Part shown: in pieces, positions 11,315-22,537 of the stretch
Layout: each line of letters begins with the position of its first letter
How positions within the stretch are numbered: the first letter of the stretch is position 1
NCBI GenBank assembly: GCA_024626585.2
Contig: JANKJI020000004.1
Span: forward strand, 143,853,497-143,879,181
Reading direction: 5' to 3'
From: Ginkgo biloba
Lineage: Eukaryota > Plantae > Ginkgophyta
DNA length: 25,685 bases
Notes under the pieces: model-generated
The model's database searches: none
What the model was told of the DNA's origin: nothing
What the model saw: only the letters and a program-made list of their open reading frames with translations
Translations under genes and position numbers: made by a program

Positions 11315-11770
11315 ATTAGGTGAATGGACACAACTCTTTGCAAATAATGCCATCATTTAAGATGAAGTTAATGACTAGTGTCCCTTAACTTAAAGGATAA
11401 CTTGGCATATATAGAATCCTCTTGAACATATCATTATTTTAAAAAAATTATTATTGAGACTGCTTAAAGGAAGTTGCAACTTGTATCTATATAAATAGAG
11501 TTCTCAAAATTATCTTGCATGATTAAGGGATGATATTCTATCATTTAATTAATTAGATAAATGACCATGACTCTTTGTAAATAATGTCATCATTTAAGAT
11601 GAAGTTAATGACTAATGTCCCTTAACCTAAAGGATAACTTGGCATATATGGAATCTTTTTTAACATATCATTATCAAGCTTGCTTAAAGGAAGTTGCAAA
11701 TTGTATCAATATAAATAGAGTTCTCAAAATTCTCTTGCATGATCAAGGGATGATGTTTTATCATTTAATT
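11315..11770. repeat. Head-to-tail duplication of a ~220-235-bp unit
   Basis: Copies 11315-11550 and 11551-11770 share CATCATTTAAGATGAAGTTAATGACTA, AAAGGATAACTTGGCATATAT, TGCTTAAAGGAAGTTGCAA and ATATAAATAGAGTTCTCAAAATT. Confidence 0.93.
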
Positions 11771-12113
11771 TATCATATTAAATATTCTATATTATCTCTT
11801 CGTATATTGATAAATTGTATCAAGGAGATTAATGGATGGATAATCCTCCTCTTGAGGAACTATTTATATTATTGAAAAAAAATTATTTCCTTTTAAAAAG
11901 GGAAATTTTCATCAAACATATCTATTCCATATCATCCAATAGATCATTTAACAACTAGTTACGATTATTATCTTGTTGTATTTAGAGAGAAAGAAGTGGT
12001 AAAATATAATTTANNNNNNNNNNNNNNNNNNNNNNNNNNNNNNNNNNNNNNNNNNNNNNNNNNNNNNNNNNNNNNNNNNNNNNNNNNNNNNNNNNNNNNN
12101 NNNNNNNNNNNNN

Positions 12114-13027
12114 AGATTATTTTCTTTGTTCCCACTGATATCACAATAACTTCTATCCCAATTTGGGTTCATCTTCCCTTTTAACCATTGGAGTTTTGGG
12201 ATGAGATAATCTTAAAAGACATTAATAATTTATTAGGGAAATTTATTAGAATTTTTGAACTAACTAGATAGATAAAGGTGGTGATGTGTGCTTAGTTATG
12301 CATGGAAATGAACTTAGAAGTACGTCTCCCTAAGGTTATTAATCTCTCCTTATGGGACTTATCCTAAAGGTAATTCTTAGATTACAAAAACATTACCTTT
12401 AAGTGTAGGAATTTATTTGAGTATGGAAATATAGCCAAGTCTTGTCCTAAATCTCCTTTGTAGACTTCTTGTTCCTCCCTCCCTCCCCTCATCTCTAAGC
12501 CTTCCTCAACTCCCTTTGTATCAAAATACTCTCAATCTTGGCAAGCCTAATACTAATCCTACCTATTCTCTCCCTTCACCTCCTCTTACTCTTATCACTA
12601 TGAAAAATTCCTTTTTTATGATTTCCCGATCTAATCACTAAGAGAATCATACTCTTTTGGATCCTGGTATTCCCTCTTCCTCTTCATCCCCTCCTATCAA
12701 GTATGTGTTATAGGCCCTCCCTATTGTTTTATGTTCCCCCTCTAGTCCTAGGGGTTATTTATCCAACCCTTTGTTATAAGATAGCCCTAATGGAGGGTAG
12801 GATCTCTATTCCCTCCCCTCTCATTCTCTAGAGGAAGAGGAGCTCTTAAATTCTTTAGGATTAGATGACATGGAAGGATTTTTCCCTTAATATTGACTAA
12901 ATAAAGGAAAGGTAAAAAACCCAAAATATAGATGAGAGAGGAACTAAATCAGTTGATATTCATGAAGATAAGTAGACTCTCTTGGATGGTCACATTCTTT
13001 TTGCAAGGTCTAATAAACTTCCCTTGA
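12114..13027 (+). mobile_element. L1-clade LINE ORF1 remnant (DUF4283-adjacent region, zf-CCHC_4 knuckle and S/P-rich tail)
   Basis: Translation IPIWVHLPF*PLEFWDEIILKDINNLLGKFIRIFELTR*...CA*LCMEMNLEVRLPKVINL...LDYKNITFKCRNLFEYGNIAKSCPK matches the plant L1 ORF1 consensus PVWVRLP.LPLEFW...IG..LG...ARICVE.DL...LP...DYE..PF.C..C...GH....CP. Confidence 0.92.
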
Positions 13028-13028
13028 A

Positions 13029-13100
13029 ATGATCATATTATCTTAGAATATAAGGGGTATAGGATCAAACCCCAAGAAAAAAGTTGTTATACTTCTCATC
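13029..13100 (+). mobile_element. L1 ORF2 N-terminus (APE-like endonuclease start), truncated
   Basis: ATG at 13029 reads MIILS*NIRGIGSNPKKKVV, matching M.ILSWNIRGL. It follows a TGA at 13025-13027. Confidence 0.85.
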
Positions 13101-14896
13101 AACATAATATAGCAATATCAACTAATAATATAAAAAATCATGAAATATCATAGAAAAATCCTCACAATTCAATTATATTTTCCAAAAGATCAATTACAAA
13201 ATTGTAAGCCACTTCGAGGGGATAACCTCCTTTAGAGAAAAATATCAATTATAAAGNNNNNNNNNNNNNNNNNNNNNNNNNNNNNNNNNNNNNNNNNNNN
13301 NNNNNNNNNNNNNNNNNNNNNNNNNNNNNNNNNNNNNNNNNNNNNNNNNNNNNNNNACTCCTTATATGGAGTCTACATTGATCCCTCCATTCTCTTCATT
13401 TCTCTCACTATCTCCCTCTATTGACTTCTACTTACTTATTTATGTTAGATCGTATTTGGTAGTCTACATGTTCTTCTTAAAAACATTATCCATGACTACC
13501 TCATGTTTGATGGTCTATCACTTCTCTCTTCCTTATTCTATTGCGAATACCTCTTCATTGATGATATTTCACTCCTAATTAATTTGGAACTACCTGAAAG
13601 GTTGATGTATATGATCACTTCCTTATCTTGGATGCATACCCTGTGTATCTTTACTTGACACTCCTTTTTACCTCCATTGGCTACCTCTTATATATTTCTC
13701 CTCTGGATTTATCTTTTGACTACCTCCTTTAACCTTTACCTCTAGTTGCCTCCTCTATATTTTTCCTTTAACTGTCTCCTCTAACCTTTGACTTCTACAT
13801 TTGTATTTTCTACCAATTATTGGTGCCAACATTTCAAGTTCAATGTTTTGGTTGGTGAGATCTATTAAATCTTCCTAATGACCACCTTCTCCTCGATGTG
13901 GCATCCTTCTTTGTCTCTCATGTAGATTTTCACCTTCACTACTTCTTAGTGATAATCCACACCTTCAATTTAAAGGTATAGATCATTTATTATATTATCA
14001 ATGGTTGAGTGCAATTTCTACATAAGACCATTAATGATTTGAGGTGTATTTTCACTATGACAACTCATGTGTCATCCATATAATCTTCTCATGCCTTACA
14101 CTATTGATTGACATTTTATACCTTACAAGCTTGAAGAGGTCTTAAACATCTCATATAATAAATGCCATAACCCCTTCTAGTCATTGATTACAAGCCTCAT
14201 ATTAGGGTTTTATTCCAAAATACTTGATCTCCAAACACTTGATATTATCTATTTATTTTCCTTGGTTCAAAACCTCCTCAATGTGGTTTAACTCTCTATT
14301 GGGTCTTCGGGTTTCTCACAAATGTCAAGTCTTTGTGAACCTCAAAAATATTAATCTTATGAACCCCAAAACCTATGATTGAGTGTGACTTCCCTTGGTC
14401 ATGCTCTAATAGAATTGTTGGCTTCATAACCATGTATTGGATATAAAGGATTTATGTGGGGCCTTAGGTTCCCCCTACCTTCTTAACTTATTTTCATCTG
14501 TACTTTAGGTTCATAAGCAACGAATAAATTGCATACATCACCTTTTCTCATAAAATCCCAAACTCTAAGTATCACCTCCAAAATATCTAGATTTGAGGCT
14601 TTAATTTTTTAGGGTTTAATTCCCCTTTCAAGTTAATAAGATGTGGATAAGTCAATCATCCACCTCTTCCTTCCCAATCTCTTGACTCTTTTTCTTTTAT
14701 AGATTCATACACAAAACTTCCATCTGTTTCTCTCTAATCTTGGTTTGGGTCTACATAAATTTGGCACACCACATGATGCTTTTATATAATATTTTTNNNN
14801 NNNNNNNNNNNNNNNNNNNNNNNNNNNNNNNNNNNNNNNNNNNNNNNNNNNNNNNNNNNNNNNNNNNNNNNNNNNNNNNNNNNNNNNNNNNNNNNN

Positions 14897-16590
14897 GATC
14901 CATAAAAGGAATCCTTGACCAAAGGGTATATATAGGGTTGAGATAGAAGTTTGGGAGGCACCCATAGGTTACAACAAAGGTGAAAAGAAGAAATAACTTG
15001 AATATCACTTGGAGAAAGTTATGTATGAGGAATAATAGTAATCAAAGAGGAATTAAAGTAGGAGTGGATAGAGCACTAGGAGAAATTATAGGAAGAGGTG
15101 GAGCATAGGCTATGAAGAAGTAGTTGGAAATATTTAAGGAAGTGAAAGGATATTTCCATGAGGAGATGACAGTAGGATCATATAAAGAATACTAACAAAG
15201 TCAAGTGAGAAAAAGTGAAGAGAAAGAGATGAAGAGAATGAGTAGGGGATCATGTATTTTTTAAGTAGGGAAGAATGATGTAGGAGTATCCCTATAACTT
15301 TTGATATACACTCCTAATGGCAACGATTGACAATGATAGCTAATAAAGGAAGTGGTGACATTTTAGTTTGTAATAGGAGAGAGTGACTCACTAAGAAGGA
15401 GAATAATGAAGGGTGTATAGATAATATATCATTGAATGATAAGTCATTTTAGAGAAATAAGCCAAGGAATGATAATGATGAAGGAATAATAATAAATCCT
15501 AGATATGGGAGAAATTACCCCAATAGGAGGACATGTCATAATATGTTTTAGAATGGAAGAATTGGATGGAAGATGGAAATGGTATGATAGAAGATAAGGA
15601 AGATATAAGGAAACTAATAAAATCATTACAAGAGAAAGCTAGGTAATGAGAGAAGATAAGTGTGGAGAAGAGAAGAGATAAACAATGGTGATAGATTGAT
15701 AAATGGCATTGATGATTAGTAATGATAGTCCAAGAGAAAAGAAAATGAAAGATTTCTGAGAGAGAAATATAGAGGTAAGAGATGATAATAAATGATAGAG
15801 GATATTAATAACTAACAATAATTGAGCATAGAGACAAACTATAGGTCATAGAAGGCATATGCAAGGTTTATAGAAGTAGTGAAAAAGGTAGTCATGCCTA
15901 ATAAGAAGGTGAAATCAATAAAAGAGGAGAAAATACCTAACAAAGTACTGATGATGGTTGAGACACCCAAGAAGAATAAAATAAAGAGTGATAATATATG
16001 GATCTTTAATGAAGAAGATATTTAAATTCCAATAACCCACAACTTGATTGGAAGAGTTAGATGGAGTTTAAATACAAGGAATAAGGAACTTTATAGATGC
16101 ATTAAAAAATTAAGGGAAAATTTAATTATGGAATTAATGGTACCACTAAGTATACCTGGGAGGGATCATAATGGTAGGTGAAGGAACAATCAAGACACCT
16201 TAGAAGGGGAGCACCCAATAATTGAGTGACAGGAGGAAGAATAATGTTGAGGATGAGGGGAAAAAAGAAGAGGGGGAGAGAATGACACAAAGGAAGAGAA
16301 TAGGACATAGAATATTGAGGAGAAGAGGTTCATAGAAAGAGGAGATAATTTTGTAGAGGTAGAGAAGAGGAAATCAATTAGCATTGGAGAAGATATCAAG
16401 GAGGTGAAGAAAGGAGAAAGACATAATAAGGTAGACCATATACCATGAGGCAGTATAAGGAGATGATATTGATGCATAAGGTGTGGTGTGCACTTGTAGG
16501 GAGAAGATCGATAAACATGAGGCTTCTCAAGAAGAGAATACAATAAAATAAGAAAAAAATGGGTAGACCACTAATCATGAGGCATCCTAG
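14897..16590. other. Strongly purine-skewed (+ strand) unclassified decayed sequence
   Basis: The + strand is dominated by A/G throughout. Minus-strand ORFs are low-complexity L/S/P/F/H-rich. No domain motif recognised. Confidence 0.6.
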
Positions 16591-17067
16591 NNNNNNNNNN
16601 NNNNNNNNNNNNNNNNNNNNNNNNNNNNNNNNNNNNNNNNNNNNNNNNNNNNNNNNNNNNNNNNNNNNNNNNNNNNNNNNNNGTGTAAATATTATATATG
16701 GGGTGAAATGTATATAATCCTGTGTAGGCTAGTGGGACATTTTTAAGGAAAGATTTGAATTCTTAATGTAAAGATTTTATTATGATTCCCTTTATGTAGG
16801 TTTATTTATTTTGTTATTCATGTGTATATGGGTCATGGTGTATGTGTTTTGTATTAACCATACATTATGAGAAATCACCCTTGAGTAGTCAGTGAAGTGT
16901 GTAAGGGAGTTCTTGTGGGACCTGGGAATTGAGCGATGACACCCAATAAATTTAGCATTTGGCATCGNNNNNNNNNNNNNNNNNNNNNNNNNNNNNNNNN
17001 NNNNNNNNNNNNNNNNNNNNNNNNNNNNNNNNNNNNNNNNNNNNNNNNNNNNNNNNNNNNNNNNNNN

Positions 17068-18050
17068 AATTTCTCAAATTCCTTCTCTACTTTATTGGTC
17101 CACATATATGTGTCCTTCTTTATCAATTTGGTGAGTAGTGTTGCAATTGTTGTATAGTTTCATATAAAATTTTTATAGAATGTTGTTATACCAAGGAATC
17201 CTCTTAGTGTCTTAACTATCCTTGGCTATGGATAATTTTTTATTGACTCAAACTTTGATAGGTCAACCCAAATTCCTTAGATTATGATGATATGATTGAG
17301 GTATTATAATGATTATTTTCTAAAAGTGCATTTGGACTCCTTAGTATATAAATTTTGTTGCTCTAAAATTTATAATGTTTTGTCAAGATGCCTTAAATTC
17401 TCCTTCTAGGTTTTTTTGTACACAATAATATCATAACAAAACACCAATAAAAACTTTTATAACAACTTAATAAATACCTTGTTCATATTTTCTTGGAATA
17501 TTTTTGGGCAATTTCAGAGACCAAATGTAATGTCCTTAGTGTGTTAAGAATACAATTTTATACTTATAATCCCCTCTTATGGGAATTTGATAGTAACTCA
17601 ATTGTAGGTCAATTTTGGAGAAATAGTTTTCCCTATGGAGCTCATCCATTGAGTCATTGATTTTTGGCATTGGAAATTTATTTTTAATAGTTATACTATT
17701 GAGGGATATATAATTGACACATGGTCTAAAGGAACCATATTGTTTTATTTCCAAGACCACTAGTGTTGCATAAGGAATCTTGTTATCTAATATTGCCCCT
17801 ATGTAAATTAGTTCCTATGTTAACTTCTTAATTTTGGATTTCTATTTGAAGTTGTATAAGTATGGATTAATAATGGTTGGTCATTTTCTAGGTTTGATGT
17901 CTATAATTTATTCCATACCTCTTTTGAGTGGCAATTCCTTTGGAAGATTTTGGAATACTTATGTATGATTATCAATCACCATCTTAATTTATATTTTTTG
18001 GGTATCTGTTTATTATTCTTCTTCAATATCCCTATTGTTCCCCAAAACAC
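17068..18050 (-). mobile_element. pol: Degenerate Ty3/gypsy pol, reverse transcriptase (chromovirus-type)
   Basis: VFQNLPKELPLKRG..., KQYGSFRPCVNYISLNSITIKNKFPMPKINDSMDELHRENYFSKIDLQLSYYQIPIRGDYKYKIVFLTH*GHY, then KFLLVFCYDIIVY (decayed VFFDDILVY), ESKCTF, LRGFLGITTFYKNFI and LIKKDTYMWT...EFEK. Confidence 0.95.
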
Positions 18051-18724
18051 CCCATTTTCTACTCACAAATTGGGACCCCCTTTTTTGAGTAAGTTTTAAG
18101 GCACCTAGAGATATTTTGAAACCTAAATCGACCTTCTAAAATATTGCAAACGCATTGAAGGCTACCCTCATGACATTCATGTTANNNNNNNNNNNNNNNN
18201 NNNNNNNNNNNNNNNNNNNNNNNNNNNNNNNNNNNNNNNNNNNNNNNNNNNNNNNNNNNNNNNNNNNNNNNNNNNNNNNNNNNNTTTAGCTAATATTTTT
18301 TTCTCTTCGGTGCAACTTTTATTGATATGAATGACCCTAGGATTTTTTGTGGACCTAATGTTGACTTGAATGGTTTCATACATAATTCACTTTGACATCT
18401 CTTCTTCTTTGGGATCCAAAAAAGGTACATCATATAATTTCAAGAGGGATTCAAAAATCACCAAACCCTTTGGGAATTTTTTTTATACGTAGTTGGGTCA
18501 CCCCTTATTCATAGTCATCATTTTGATTGATCAATTTTTTCTCTTGATCTTCTATGTAAATATTTTCCAATTTTTATTCATTACATACGAATCATAGAAT
18601 ATAATCATTATCTTCAAACACTTACTAGTGCATTATGGTATGTGGTATATAAGGTCTAACTAAAACTTTTAGCTCAAAATTCTCATAAGAGAGTAACAGA
18701 TGAGAGGAAAATACCAATACTGGG

Positions 18725-19092
18725 AGTTCTAGCAAATCAACAGGTTGGTTTTATTCTCTTGGAACAAAATAAATTAAGAAAGCTTCAAATATTTTGATCA
18801 ATGTCTAGTCCCAACTCCTATATTACTTTAACATATCATTCTTTAGAACACAAATGTTGTAGACTAAGTTTATGGTTAGCTTTGAATATTCACTTACCAT
18901 TAAATGTTTAACTCTAAGATCTAAAGCTTAGCATATCCTGAGAAAAAAATCTTCATACACAGCTACATTATTAGTACACTCAAATTGGATCCAGTACAAT
19001 GATGGGAGAATTCTTCCCGTAGGGACTTTAAGAATGATACCTGCACTAGCACCTGATTTAGACTTATCTCCATAAAAATGTATTTTCCATAT
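18725..19092 (-). pseudogene. Additional (archaeal-like) RNase H domain, aRH
   Basis: IWKIHFYGDKSKSGASAGIILKVPTG...IQFECTNNVAVYEDFFL...ALDLRVKHLMVSEYSKLTI...KNDMLK*YR...LIKIFEAFLIYFVPRE*NQPVDLL matches W...FDG....GAGAG...F..TNNVAEYEAL...GDS.L...PRE.N..AD.LA. Confidence 0.9.
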
Positions 19093-19279
19093 GTCATTTG
19101 ACTCAAATCTTTAAAAATACTACACTCTTTATTTTAGTTCCAAATTTCTCAATACCGCATGTGTTCCTAGACTAGTCTCATTAAAACATACCTCAACGAC
19201 AACTTCATTCACTTCTTAAATATGAAGTTAGTTTCTAAATTCTCTTTTGACTCATACCATCTCATGTATATGAGTAATC

Positions 19280-19625
19280 ATTATGAATGTCCCATCCATA
19301 CTCATGAGCCCTATAAGTGAGGTTGTTTGGCCTCTCCCTAATAACATAGTGTATGCTTCCAGTATCTCAATGATTGTTACATTCATCATGACAGTGAGAT
19401 GAGGAGTCAAGTGGATGTGAAGACACAAATATTAAATTTCTCCAATTATTTCAACTGATCATGAATCCATGGAAAGAACATATTCAAATGTCCTACTGCA
19501 TTCTAGGCCTAACCTCTTCATAATAGTATGTGGTATAATGTTATGATAAACTCTCATATTTATCATATAATTATGGAGAAAAAAATCATGTATCTCGAGA
19601 GAAATATAGAAGGGAAGATTTTGCA
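19280..19625 (-). pseudogene. Retropepsin-like aspartic protease domain (catalytic motif decayed)
   Basis: PFYISLEIHDFFLHNYMINMRVYHNIIPHTIMKRLGLECSR...MNVTIIEILEAYTMLLGR corresponds to PFY.SL.....LHN.M.D(S/T)GAS.N.MP..M..LGL...MLL(G/S)R. Confidence 0.85.
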
Positions 19626-20399
19626 GTACGTGAAAGACTTGCTCCCTCATAAGCATTGTCATTATAGTAGCAGTCCTAGCTAAATTTCCTTTAAAATTTT
19701 CCATTTGGATAAAAGTATTAAGGGCATATAGAAAGTTCATATTAGCAGGGTACTTGACCAAATCTTTCACTATGCTATACTCCATTGAAGAAGTATTTTA
19801 AAACCCTATGAACTGGGATGATCACTATTAAAATGGTACATTCTACTAATTCGCATGATATCTAAAAGTAGAGGGATGGACCTAGACTAATCCTTTATGT
19901 GGGCCTTGTTATTTTCTTACTATGGTTTTTCCCTAGTTTATATAAGTATTTTTCTTATCATCTCTTCCTTGTTACTACTTTCAATATTTATCAAGTTCGA
20001 TTGACTCTAACTTGCTATAAAAATAATATGGGCAAGGGAAGTAATTTGTTCATTTATTTAAACTAACTAAATAATTAATTCATTGAACCTAAGAAAATTG
20101 GAACATGTCTCCTTAGGATTATCTTCCCAGAAGAATCTATAATAACAAGGTTCAAAATTTATGGGAGGAACTATCACACTTGACCTTGTTGGTTAGCCTA
20201 GCATTTGGATCTAATTTTGATTGGGCTAAAAAAATGGCTTCTTATTTTCTTGTACTTGTCTCCTTAAGGAAGTCACCTCATTGTTAACGGTGAGGATGAG
20301 CCTCAATATTTTTGGAGTCTTGGTCCTAGAAGGAAGATTATTATTTTCAACTTTGACTAGTGTCAAAGCCATAGTAGACTATTTGCTTGATTCAATTAA

Positions 20400-21209
20400 A
20401 TTATTCTCAATTCTCTTTGTGATATCCATCACTTCAACTAGATTATTGATCACTTTATCCTTGAGTATATATATCATCTTGGGGTCCAAAGATTGTATGT
20501 ACAAATAAAAGGAGATTTCCTTTGTGGGTCTCACACTAGCTAGGACCTTGTTTCTACTCTAACCAAATCTCAAATTAAAATCTTTGAAAGACACATCTTC
20601 CCTCTTGGAGATCATAGTAAAATCCTTTAATAGTGTGTGATTATTAATAGGGATACAATACTTTTCATTGAACTAATAAATTAGTTCAACCCAAGTTGAA
20701 ATAGATTTTATTGATAGAGAATTAAACCATAACAATTCCTCATCTTTTAGAGTTTGTACAAATAATTAAACGGTAATATTTTTTATGGAAATTGATAGTA
20801 TAAGACAATATTTTGAGAAATATTTCAAATATTCCTCTATAGTTACTTCTCTATCTCCTTTTAATTTAGGCAGATAATATTTTGATCCAATAGGCAAAGC
20901 ATCAAGATTTTCTACTAAATTGAGAGGTCCTACTATGTGCCATAGATTTGTATCCATTAGTAGGAGAGGAGTTTGATGGGGGGGAGAAATAATGGAAGAT
21001 GTAATCATGGGTTTGTTTGGAAACAAAGTGGATGTATCAGTAGGAATAAAAATTGGTAATGAAATTAATCTACAAAATGATATAAAGTCAAGGGAAGATG
21101 GAGGTGATATGGCATGAGGAATGATGGGTGTACTTGGGGGAGAAATAGGAATATAGACCTCAATCCTTGGAGACTCAAAGTCAAGGGATTGTTCTCGCTT
21201 TGGAGGCAA
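20400..21209 (-). pseudogene. gag: Tat-type gag domain
   Basis: PLNLVENLDALPIGSKYYLPKLKGDREVTIEEYLKYF...ITV*LFVQTLKDEELLWFNSLSIKSISTWVELI...KREDVSFKDFNLRF. Confidence 0.88.
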
Positions 21210-21419
21210 AGAAAATTTCTCTGGGATTTCTCATTTGCTCTAACCTAGTATAGGGTTTGCTTCTCAATATCCATAAATGCCTTCAAGCTAGCGTTTCTCC
21301 TCTCTGGATAGCGATGGATTTTGGTTTTCCCTGGTGCATAATGGAGAAGACCAGTAATGTAATTTCAAGTTAGGAGCCATTTTTTCAGCAAGATAACACA
21401 TCTGATCAACAATCCACCC

Positions 21420-21950
21420 CATGTCAAACCAGGAAGTTTGGAAAGGAGTCAGGACAGTAGGCGATATGAAGAACTAAGGGCTGACTTGGCATGTCATGAC
21501 AAGAAGGCGATGGATACCAAGATGGTGACATTCAAACCCAAGAACGATTTATTTGGTCAAGACCAGGAAGTGCTACCCCTGGTGATCGGGAGTTAGTCAA
21601 CTGCTCAAAATGAGTGACCTCCCTAGTGGAACATCAAGGCCAAATAGTGGCCAGGAAGGGATTTTGGAAAAATTAGGAAGCATCATTCTTTGTGTGGTCT
21701 GGAAGAATCTGAGAAGGGCCTTGCATCACGGTCGAACCAGGAAGACACCCAAGAGAGCCATGAAGTAGCTGGCCAGGACCTCATGACGCATCACCACTAG
21801 GAAGACATTACTCATGATGGAAGCATGTCACGCCCAGCAAGCAATGACCAGGGAGATACATCATTAACTAGGAGTTATGGCTGCGTTAGTGGGCCCAACA
21901 AGCTCTTGCGTAGGCAAGCCAAGAACTGATAAAACAAACAGGAAGTCATT
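21420..21950 (+). repeat. Array of CCAGGAAG-like short motifs with non-repeating spacers
   Basis: Exact CCAGGAAG at 21429, 21563, 21651, 21737. Variants with 1-2 mismatches at 21499, 21538, 21673, 21698, 21758, 21773, 21797, 21834, 21848, 21895, 21919, 21938. Confidence 0.7.
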
Positions 21951-22411
21951 CTTTCATGGACGATCCTGCGATCTAGTGAGATAAACAAAAGATGTGGGTC
22001 ATTAATATATCAATTTATTTTTTGTCAAAGATATGACTACTGCAGGAGTAAACTATCTAGGTGACAGATGGGAAGTTATCTACACCTACAAATCACTCCA
22101 ACAACAGATGGGAAGTCATCTACGCTTGGAANNNNNNNNNNNNNNNNNNNNNNNNNNNNNNNNNNNNNNNNNNNNNNNNNNNNNNNNNNNNNNNNNNNNN
22201 NNNNNNNNNNNNNNNNNNNNNNNNNNNNNNNNNNNNTGCAGGTAATATGAAGTTATCATCTTCATGGATGTTAAAATCATTAAGTTTCTCTCTTACGAAC
22301 ACTCAAACCAAGAGAAGGTAACTTTAAATCCTAATGGGCTGCCACTTCACATCGTTGTAAATCTAACCCATTAATAGGGCCACATGATCTTCTCTCCTAT
22401 GTGAAAATTGC

Positions 22412-22537
22412 AGCAATCTATCTAGGCGACAGACAACCAGGCATCTACACCTATAGATGACTCCAATAAAGTTGGAGTCATTTATAGGCGTCGATGACCC
22501 CTCAATGATTGGCCATCTGTTGCCTAGATAGAATGCT
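22412..22537. repeat. Long imperfect inverted repeat (hairpin)
   Basis: Outer arms 22412-22433/22516-22537 are 20/22 identical as inverted repeats, and inner arms 22442-22467/22471-22496 are 22/26, around an AAA loop. Confidence 0.9.

Larger units (their letters stand above)
18285..21209 (-). mobile_element. Degenerate Tat-clade Ty3/gypsy gag-protease-aRH polyprotein, cut by a gap just before RT
   Basis: Colinear gag (~21209-20400), aspartic protease (~19620-19280) and additional RNase H (~19090-18725). These are followed by the linker RPYIP....VFEDND / FPKGLVIFESL and the pre-RT segment TIQVNIRSTKNPRVIHINKSCTEE. Confidence 0.9.

Noticed and set aside
17068-21209. One continuous gag-PROT-aRH-RT element on the minus strand
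   Set aside because: The RT has chromovirus-type motifs (TIKNKFPMP, GFLGIT) and its own pre-RT segment (LPLKRG). The upstream part is Tat-type with a different pre-RT linker, and an N-gap (18185-18284) separates them. Most likely two elements.
21420-21950. CRISPR array
   Set aside because: The motif is only ~8 bp, degenerate and irregularly spaced. The context is eukaryotic TE DNA with no cas genes.
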